A stretch of DNA of 64,000 nucleotides from Heptranchias perlo (lineage: Eukaryota): positions 15,314,001 to 15,378,000 of the forward strand of contig NC_090343.1 of assembly GCF_035084215.1 (NCBI RefSeq), written 5' to 3'. The notes beneath the pieces are model-generated. The model had not been told where the DNA came from. It ran no database searches and worked only from the letters and a program-made list of their open reading frames with translations. The first letter of the stretch is position 1; every line of letters begins with the position of its first letter. Of this stretch, positions 13,101-24,287 are shown in pieces. The position numbers and the translations under genes are program-made.

Positions 13101-16100
13101 TTCACACAAAGGGTAGTGGAAACCTGGAACTCGCTTCCCCAAAAAGTTGTGGATGCTGGATCAATTGAAACTTTCAAGACTTAAGATTGATAGATTTTTG
13201 TTAGGTAAGAATATCGAAGGATATAGAGCAGCGGCAGGTGAGTGGAGTTGAGGTATAGATCAACCATGATCTAACTGAATGGTGGAAATTGCTCTAAGGA
13301 TTGAATGGCCTACTCCTGTTCCTGTTTCTATGATTTCAGGCAAGCAGTCTGACAACACACAAGCAGTGGAGGGGTCGAGAGAGGTGGTGATGAGGTGGAG
13401 CAGGGTGTCGTCAGGCCTGTGGATCCTGATGTTACCGAATGTCACTGTCGACTGGCAACATGTAGCTCAGAAATAAGGGGGGGGGGGGGTAGGATAGATC
13501 CTTTTCATTTTTTTTTGACTGCATTTAATACCGCATTAAAAAATGAGGCATTAAATCTCCATTTTAATAGCTTCCCATTTACTTTGCTTTTCCTTTTATT
13601 GCATGGAAAGTGAAGGAATGAGAAGGAAAGAATTCATCAGAGAATTTAGGTTTCATACTGTTTACACATCTCAAAACCCATATCCTTGACCAAACCTTTT
13701 TTGTCCATAGGTCAGCATTGCTATTGCTGAGGAATCCAACTTTCATCTTCCTCTGTCTGTCGGGAGCAACTGAAGCTACTCTAATAGCTGGCATGTCTAC
13801 ATTTGGACCCAAGTTCCTTGAATCCCAGTTTAGTCTGAGTGCCTCGCAAGCTGCAACACTGTTTGGTAAGATTAGAATGACAGGCTGCTCATCAATACTT
13901 AGGCCTTCCTTTGCTTCAGCTTTATTAATGGAGTCTAGTGCAGCAAAAGGGTGTCCGTGTTTTGTTTTAGTCCCCTCGGCAAGTGCTGCTCTGCACGTTT
14001 AACAGACTTGTGCAAATTGCTAAATGATTGCTAGGTGTAGATTGGTTGGGATTTGAGCCACATAATAACTGTCAAGTGAAAGTTATGGTGAGGAATAACC
14101 AGACCACCGCTGCCATCCAAAAGAATTTTCAAAAAAATGTAGGATTTTAACGTGCTCCACTGTTGGTGGATATGAAGATAATTATGCACTATTTAATAGT
14201 CAATAGCAGATTCACTCGGGTATACTTTTTAAAAATGCTCTGGGTGACACTGGCAAGGCTGCATTTAGTGGCCATTGAAGGTGATGGTGGGCCTTCTCCT
14301 TGAACTGCTGCAGCCCTTGTGGTGATGGTGCTCCCACAATGTTGTTCAATAGGGAATTCCAGGATTTTAACCCCGTGACAGTGAAGGATTGGCTATGTAT
14401 GTCTTAATCGGGATGGAGATGCCTTCACACGCCCTTCTACACTCCCCACTGAACCAGGGTTAATCTCCAGGCAAGATGATGATCGAGGAGTGAGAAATGC
14501 TCTGGGCCATGATGTTACAGATTGTGGTGGTTTAAAATTCTGCTGCTGCTGGCCCACAGTGCCTTTTGGATGCCCATTTTTGGGCTGCTAGATCTGACCT
14601 TAGTCTGCCCCACTTCGCACTTTTATACCAAAATCCATCTTTTGCTTTCCTGATGAGTTTGCCTCAGATTGTGGAGATGTAGTTCAGTGTATGGCTTCTT
14701 CAATCTCCTGCTGTCCCATGAGAATTGCTCCCCTGTTCATTTAGTAGACCTCTGTAATTTTTGATTTCTGCACTATTAAGCCATGGGTTCAGTTGGTGTG
14801 GGATTTAATTTTGTTTGGAAGTAACTCCTTCCCAGGTATGTCATTGTGCACATATCCAGGCATCTTTTTTTTCCTCTTGCCTCTTCTGAGCCAGATAATT
14901 TGCTTGGAATTTGACATATAAATTATTATAGTTATTGGCCGTGCACCAACACTATCCACTCGTGGTTTGAATTCACTTCATTCCACCTTCCTCCATTGCA
15001 GCTACTGTATAGTGTGTAGGAGATTCTGACATAATTTTCCTCTCTGTACATTTCCTGCATTATGCACTCTGCAGAGTTATAGTTTTGAAGTTAATCCTCA
15101 ATTTTTGTTGGCGTCATTAGCGCAAATTGATGAGGAATACAATGAAACAACAAATCTTCAAACTGATATTGCAGCGAAACATACATTTATGAGAATAAAG
15201 GCCAAAGAACAGACATCAAATGTAGAATTTTAATAAACCAAGCCATTTCCAAATCATGGTAACTGATCCCCAAAACTGCTATATTACTGATGAGACTACC
15301 ACATCATGCTGCCATGGAGAGGGCAAGGATGATGATTTGGTTTGTATTGCCCAAATTAGATTCCTCAAAAGTGTCGTGTGTGTGTGTGTGTGATTTTTGT
15401 TTTGCAGCCAAAGTCAGGGAAATGGTGTGTAATACACTGGATCATACTTCATAATAGCAACCATTTACATGTAATGTATCCCCGCTGTATGATGTAAAAT
15501 AACTTCATCGAATCATAGAATTGTTACAGCACAGAAGGAGACCATTTAGCCCATTGAGCCTATGACATACATTTCCAAATCTCGAGTATACAAATAACTT
15601 TTTGTAGTTAGAGAAAATGAAACATAAGGTCATGGTAGACTTCTTTACCTCTGTAGTGCTTTGTTTGGTGGTGTTTGGATGTCATGTTTATTGAATAAAT
15701 TGAAATCTCCGATGTTGGCCCGTTTTATGCCAAGGATAGTTTTGTGATACAGGAGTTGGGCAAAAGAGCCTTTGCTGCTCTCCCATAGCTGACATGCTTC
15801 CCATGCAGCAGTTTTCTCCCAACCTACCTTGGCTATATTGCAGAGCCCAGCTGAAGAAATACCAAATGTCATTTTTTTTACTCCATATTCCCTCAGTTGC
15901 TCTCTGTGTGGCGGTGAATATTGTGGTAGTGGTGGATGGGGGAAGTAAGATTGGTCTGGAGAGGTTGTCGTCTCAAGATTTGGAAATGGATGTCACATGT
16001 CCACTGTGCAGCTCAGGGTTTAAAATTTGCTTGGGCTCACCTTAGGGCATGGTCTGAGAACTGGACCAATTCAGTCTGATTTAACCGAGTTTTCATACAA

Positions 16101-19100
16101 ACCCAACACCAATTTGAACCATTAAAGATGGCATAGATTTGAAAGTGAAGCCCCAATTAAATGAATATCCATGATTTATGGGGTAGAACTTAATTTGAAG
16201 AGTGAGGTGTAATTCCATGCTACTGAGTAATTTAGCTGCTTCATTATCATTTACTCACTATTGTTTGACTAAGAAATATATGTTCCTTTCTGAGTATAAA
16301 GAATATAAAATTATTTGAATGAATTTTAGCAATTAAGTTTCTCAAGAGTTCCAGAGTATCATTTGCTACAATGACACATAATTGTCAAAAACTGAGAGCA
16401 ATTGGTGATCACTTGCTGAATCTAAAGGTAGACGGATTTATAATTCCTTTTTATTCCTCTTCCCAATTCCAGGCTACCTTGTAGTCCCAGCAGGTGGAGG
16501 CGGCACTTTCCTTGGTGGATTTATAGTGAATAAATTAAAACTCCGTTGTGCTGGAATCATCAAGTTTTGTCTGATTTGTACAATCTTGAGTCTGTTAGCT
16601 ATTTTCATAGTCTGCATTCACTGCCCCAACATGCCTGTGGCTGGGATCACTTCTACTTTCAATGGCAGGTATGAGCACAAATCTAATTTTCATCTTTAAA
16701 TTTTCATATATACATTTTAATCATTCTGGAACTGTAATATATTAGGCATATTATAATTGCTACAAGAAGTTAACTAGTTTAACCAATGATCAATAAGATT
16801 AGTTAGTATAACAACCAAAAAAAACAAAATCAAGATTTCAAAATGTAGAGGACCCACAAATGTTCAATTCTTTTATTTTGGACTCAGCTAAAATAGTGGA
16901 ATCTGCACATTTTCTCTTTTACTTCTGACAAAATATCCATCAGAATTTCCTCAGTACAAATACAAAAAACTAATTTTCAATTTTGGTAAAACTCGTTCAA
17001 ACATTTTCTTACAATTGACTTATGTCCTCTGGTGCATCTTATTTCTCATTCATTCTGAATGATTTGTCATTATCTGTTTAATTTTCAAAAGAGATAAGCT
17101 TTGCAGTAATTGGGGTGAAGTAACAGGAGCTGGCAATTTTTTTTGGGGGGGGAAGGTGGATATGGTGGAGGGAGAATCTTTTTTGTCTTGTGTTTTTAGA
17201 TTTATTATTTACTGGATAATTGTGATTTTTGTAGAAAACATTCTGATTATTATTGATTGTAATGTCAACAGCACGTTGTACCCTGCTTAAAAATATAGGA
17301 ATACGGTGAAACCTTTTTTAAAGATTGAATGTGGAAGATGCATAAATAAGTTAGTTGTTTGATTTCCAGCTTTTAATATTTTAGTGATGCAGTAAAGTAG
17401 GAACTGTGCTAATTGACACTGAGGCGTTGTTATTCCACAGTTTTTATGATGGTACAATTAACTTGACTGCAGCTTGCAACGCCGAGTGTAAATGTTTAAT
17501 GGATATGTATAATCCAGTTTGCGGAGCCGATGGTTTAATGTACTACTCCCCCTGTCACGCTGGATGCACAGAATTCAACACAACACTGTCTGCAAATGGC
17601 AGAAAGGTAATTCTTCCAATTATACTTTGTGTTTCCATTAGCCACTAGCCTTACAAGGGGCTGGAAATGCTTTTAAGCTGCATACATGTGTGATTTATTA
17701 ACCTTTAAGCTTAGAGAACGAATGCTCTTCTCAACTAACCCTTTAAAAAATAAATAAATAAAATAATAATCAGTTACTTGGTATATATTTAACTTAAATT
17801 CTTTATTTTTCTCGCTGTCTGTTTAATAAAAGAAGAGCCTGTGCTGTAGATGTTATTGGGGGCTTGGTATAGTTGACAAACCCAATTTGTCATTTTAGTT
17901 AATTATACATGCATGCTGACTCAATATGCACCCAAGCTGCTTTCCCCCTAATTATTTTCACCGAGACTCCTGCACACACAGATATTAGGAGGCGAGTTAC
18001 TGTAGTATTTTTCTTCTGGAACCCAAGTACAAATCCTGTCAAGGTTGATGGAATGAAAGTCACCCCTCTTTGACAGTTTTAAGGGTACAACCTTAAAATT
18101 AGAGCTAGGCCGTTAAGGGTGATGTCAGGAAGCACTTCTTCACACAGAGTAGTGGAAATCTTGAACTCTATCCCCCAAAATGCTGTTGAAGCTAGATCAA
18201 TTGAAAACTTCAAAACTAAGATCGATAGATTTTTGATAAGTAAGAATATTAAGGCATATGGAACCAAGGCGGGTAAATGGAAGATACAGATCAGCCATGA
18301 TCTAGTTGAATGGAGGAACAGGCTCGAGTGACTGACTGGCCTACTCCTGTTCCTATGAGTAGTTTCTATTCAATTCCTAGCAGACATAGTTTGCTGCACA
18401 GATTGGTTGCCTCCATCAGAGAAACTGACAGAAAAATTGAGGCTACTGCTTATGGCCTAGACAGCTGAAGGCATGGCCGCCAATGGTGGAGCGATTAAAA
18501 TCGGGGATGCGCATGAGGCAAGAATTGGAGGAGTGCAGAGATCCCAGAGGGTTGTAGGTCTGGAGGAGGTTACAGAGATAGGGAGGGGCGAGGCCATGGA
18601 GGGATTTGAAAACAAGGATGAGAATTTTTTTAATTGAGGCGTTCCCAGACCGGGAGCCAGTGTAGGTTAGCAAGCACAGTGGTGATGGGTGAACGGGACC
18701 TGGCACAAGTTAGGATATGGGCAGCAGAGATTTGGATGAGCTCAAGTTTATGAAGAGGTCATAACCAGGGGTCATTGGTTTCTAAATCCAAGCACCAATC
18801 CCTGAGACAATTAAGTACTCCCCCCGCCCCACACCCCTCCAACTTAACAAGTACCTGCTGTTTGAATTCTTTCAGCTAGTTTCTTATCCGATTCCAGGAT
18901 TTACCTTGAATTCGTATTGCTTTTAATTTCAGTAGCAGCCGTTCATTTGAAGGCTTTCTGAAAATCTCTGTATACCAGGTCTTGTGGGATGACACTCGGG
19001 TCAGTCAGGATCTTTCCTGTTTCTGAAGCTGTACTAAATGCATTTTAATAACTATATAGCTGCAGTCTTTTAATGCTTGTGTTTATGGAAAAAGCATGAT

Positions 19101-22100
19101 GTAATTTTTGCTGATAAAAGTAACCTTTCAAATAAAATCTTACATTGGCATTGAATATATAAGGCTGTGATGATTTAAAGGCTTATGCCTCTGCATTTTA
19201 TCAAAGTGTACAATCTGTTGTTATTGAGTGCACTCAGACAATGACGGTGATCAATAATATACTGAATAGACTGAGACCTGCTGAATTTTGAAAAACGCAG
19301 GTTGGACTAGCCGTAACCTGTAGAAAACGTTAATGTACAGTATCTCCAGCTCCCAGTGAAAGAGAATAAGATATACAGTGTGTTTGTAGTAGTGCTGTTT
19401 AATTTTTCTTCTCTTAACTATGAGATCAAACCAGATGATCAATAAATTGAACAAGTGCTAATTCACACCATGACCTGAGACTTTTCATGATTTTTGTTTA
19501 CTTTCCTTCATTTTCCAGATTTTCCACAACTGCTTCTGTGTCATGGAGAACCTTGGGTCTGAGATGGGTTATGCAGAATCTGGAAAATGCAGCTCTTCAT
19601 GCTCACATATGCCACTTTTCCTGGTTCTCCTCTTCTTTGTTATATTCTTCACATTTCTGGGCAGTATTCCTGCACTAACAGCAACTCTCAGGTAAGAACA
19701 AATGGCAGCCAGTTTTGCTAACTTTTATGCCCTAGTTTCTAACAGAAGTACTGTAGTGCAATTTTTTTTTATGTCGGTAATGGAATACCCAACATTTTAA
19801 TTTGAACATTGTCACATTCCAAGCTTGGTTAGCAATATTGTCAAATGAATAATTTATTAAGCAGTAAATAAGTAAATGGAAATATATCGCCATTCCTTCA
19901 TCGTCGCTGGGTCAAAATCCTGGAACTCCCTTCCTAACAGCACTGCGGGAGAACCTTCACCACACGGACTGCAGCGGTTCAAGAAGGCGGCTCACCATCA
20001 CCTTCTCAAGGGCAATTAGGGATGGGCAATAAATGCCGGCCTCGCCAACGACGCCCACATCCCATGAACGAATTTTTAAAAAAGCAAAGATACACTATAG
20101 ATTTACTGTAGTTACAGATTTGGCTATCCTTCCTCAGAAGGTAGAAAAATAACCAACAGTTGCATCTGTTGAGCTAAACTGCAATGTAATCTGGAATGGA
20201 ATCGGGACCCCTGAGTATTAACCTTTTAAGTGGTAGTTTGTTGTTAACCATTCGGAGAGCCACTCTTGCCTGTCTTTCTTTCTGATGGCTATGGATGGTG
20301 GTCTCGATTTAAACAAGATCTAGTGGGAAGTACTTTTCAAAAAATGACTGGAACCAATGACATTTAAATATGTGTCTCTTAAACTCAAAGAGCTGCCAAA
20401 CAAACATAGATACAAATAAAACCCACAAGATGCTTGTATTTGAATGGAATGCTTTGATCCCTCCCTCAGACACTGGCCAGAGATAACATTTATATTCTGG
20501 GGCTATTTTATCAAAAGAAGCTTTATACCCCGTATGTAAAATGACTTAAAGAAAGAAGCTAAAATGATGCATTAAAAGCAAAAATGCTTCATTTTAATCA
20601 CACATGCACCCTGTTACTGCATGGCACAGGTACACCAATACTGCATCTCTGGGCCACCAAGTCACTCCTTAATGACAAGTATGTTTGGGGTGACACAATA
20701 CAACAATATCAAAGAGATGCACGTATAAAAATATTAGCAACCGCCTATTTGTTCGTTTACAGTAATGGTCTTCAGTGCTGAAGATGCATTTAATCAAAGT
20801 ACAAGAGAAACTCCCAGCATTAATATTGTACCTTCAATGTTCACAAGGAACTATATTTCTTTCTTTTCTCCTAATATCCAAAAGCACTACCTATTGTCTG
20901 CTGAATTAAGGAGTTTATTCCCAAATGGAACAATGAACTAACCAAAATTACTAAAGGAGTTGAAGGGTGGAAAAAAAAATGTCCTGCGATATTTTTGTAT
21001 AACTTAGAATTGTGATTCACTTGGAGCATAAACAACAGCTTGGGCCGAATGGCCTGTTTCTGTGCTGTGCATTCTATGTAATCTTATTTTTTTTTTATCA
21101 ATTAGGTGTGTCCCTGATAGTCAGCGGTCATTTGCACTTGGTATTCAATGGATCTTGGTCCGAACTTTAGGTAAGGATACTCTTGTCAGTTTTTAATAAT
21201 GTGTTTTTAAGTGCAGTTTTCTGGTTACTCCAGTATATATTTAATGGTAAATGAACAGCTTAAAGTCAAAATGTATTACTGTAATTGTCTAAATGGATCA
21301 TCAACAATGTATTTATCTTTGAAATAATTGCTGAAAACCTTGATGATTGCATAATTTTGATGTGTCTTTTATAAATCACCTTGTTAAATGTAAAATAAAT
21401 GTTAATAGCATCTTAATAAATTTAATCTACAAATTTAACTGAAGCAAGACTAATTATCTCTTGCTTGTATTTGCCTCTTAGATCAAGAACATCACTTCAG
21501 TTATAAGTAAAAGTTCCCATAACATTACTTTTTCAGAACTACAAAGCTAAATTGTGCAAAAGATGGGCAACTGTAATTGTTCATGGCAATACTTTTTTTT
21601 AAAAAACTGTTAATTTTAACTAACATGCAGCATTCTTTTTGAATTTTTTTTCTATTCACTTTAAAAATCTACTTTTGAACATTGCTAATTATGGAGCAGA
21701 GTAACTGGGTAGAATAAATGAGACTGACCTTTTGACTAGATGAATTTACATTATTAGATGCAGCTGTGATCTTATGTCAATGTTTGTATTAACTTTACGT
21801 TATCAAGCACAGTAAGTTCTCCTACCCAGTTCATCTAATCAGTAATAACCATCAACTAGACAGGCACTTAAACACAATTATACTTTTTTGTTAATGGGAA
21901 CACTATTGATGAAATGCCATATTTAATATTGTAATGTCTAATTCTAACTCTCTAAGACTACTGTGAATTATCTTCTTCTGGTATTTGATTTACTTTCCGT
22001 TGTATAAATGCCAACAGGAGGAATCCCAGGCCCCATTGCCTTTGGCTCGGTTATAGACATCTCTTGCTTGTTGTGGCAGGATCAGTGTGATGAGAGAGGC

Positions 22101-24250
22101 TCCTGCTATATCTACCAAAATTCAGCCATGAGCAAATATCTCCTGATTGCTGGAATTATTTATAAGGTAATATATGTGATCATTTATAGAATTCATAGAA
22201 AAAACACCAAGAGTAATAGGACATGTTGGGATCTCGCTCCTCTGCTAATTTTGGCAAGGAAAAAGTGAATAAAAAATGAGTTTAATAAAAAATAATTAAA
22301 CTTGATTAGGTCATAATGATGAAATCATGCAACTTTCTGCAGCTTTTAAGTCAAAATGAAAGGTTTTTTACTTCAGGTCAGACTTGGAATTAATGACCTA
22401 GAAATTGGATAGCGCTGTTCCTGTTTTATAGGCATAAAACCTAGGACCGATTATGGTGGGCAGCGCACATGCCCTCATTATGCGCCTGCCATATTGGTAA
22501 AGGTTCCTCTGTAGGCATTGGTGGACATGCCTGAAACAGGGCCTTTGCATATGCAAATAAGGTGTCTAACGCCAGTTTGAGGCCTCCTTTGCAAAATTAA
22601 ATTGTGCATGCTACGGTCTGTTTTTTTCAGATGCTTGGCAGCCAAACCAGCGGTCCTTAAAAGGACCACTGGAGGCTGCCACCAAAATGTAGGTTTGAAC
22701 TTTTTTACTTATTACGGCGCCAGGAGTGCTCTTCCCAGCTCCACATTAAATTTGGGGGTCTGCTGCCAGCCATCGTTCACCCCTCTCCACTGTGCCAGCT
22801 TCTCTTCCCAGATTCTCCTAACGACCTTGGCCGATGTCCGAGCTGGACGATCTTGCTGCCCTTGGTGACTGCAGCAAATGAGGCTGGCGGACCAATTTGC
22901 CGTGGTCCTGCCACCGGCATCATCATTTGCGTGCTGCATGGGCTGTATTGGAATCGCGCCCCAATTTGGATGTGATCCAATTTCTAGGCCAATGAGTTTA
23001 ACGAAGTAGGAGAACAGTTCAAAACATCATTGCATCAGTGAAAGGTATGAATAGGGCAGAGGAGTTTAGTACTAATGAATATGGGTGTAGTGACCACTGC
23101 TGGGTATATTGCAATGGAGCTGCAGTAGAGCGTCACCCAGTAGCACAGAAGTTATAGGAGACAAACAACTCAATCAGGCTGTTCTGCAACAGTCGACTAC
23201 CTGGGCATGGTGGAGAAATAGTGCACAAAGAGGTTCGAGACACACGAGGGTGGCTGTGACTGAGATGTGACACCAGGTCACGAAAAGCAGCAGGAAAAGT
23301 CATTCATATGCTAATAGCACTACTGCTCTTGATCGTTTATGCCACAGAGGACTTCCAGGCACCCAGATGTCAGCCACTCTTTGTTTTGCTTTCTTTCTGC
23401 ATAATGAAAAACAGCAATCCGAGGGAAAGTGAATTATAATTTTATTAAATTTTCCCGTGCTTGTGCAAAGGGGTCTCCTTTGCTAGAGTTGCTATGAGCT
23501 CATTGCTTTCAAAGGTAGTGCTTACTCTACTTGTGTAGACCCATTTTATGGCACAGAATTGCCACTAACGTGCGTGCCAACCAATTGTTCCTGTGTTACT
23601 CCATGTATGCCATGGCTACAGGGCCTCTCCTCATGATGCACTTGATTTGTATGTGTATGGAACACTGAGGTTTCAGAATCCCTGCCTCGTGGTTGCTTTC
23701 AACTGTTTTCTGAGGAAGTTGATGCCTGCTATTACCACATCTTGAGTTTTGGACTTTAAAGTCTCCTTTTCATACCCATGGTCTGTGTAACCTAGGTCTC
23801 CACTGCAGGTGTGACTTATGTTGCCATATGTTCATTGGAAGACTATAGTGTAAACAACCACAATAACCTCCATACAATAGAAGACCTAATAAGGTCCACA
23901 TCCCATTACAATTCAGGAGGAATTCTTCATATATTGGACTTAAAAACAGCACCAGCTGGCCCTTCTTCAGTCTCTAACATTGCTACCCTTTCATCACTCT
24001 GATTTATTGCTTCACCATGTGCTTCCTCCTCAACATCACTATGACCTTCTCCCATAATGTATGTAGCTGTGTGGGTGTTTGCTTCAAGTAGAGCGGTGAA
24101 GAGTGCAAGTGGTTTTTAGATGTGACTGGTTTACCACTGGGTTCTCCCTGGTTTGTGAACATAGCAGATCGCACACTGAGTACATAGACACACTGATCAA
24201 TTTGGGTATCCTAATGTCATTAAATGTAGCATTGTGTCCTTGTGCAAAAT

Positions 24251-24287
<37 letters not shown>

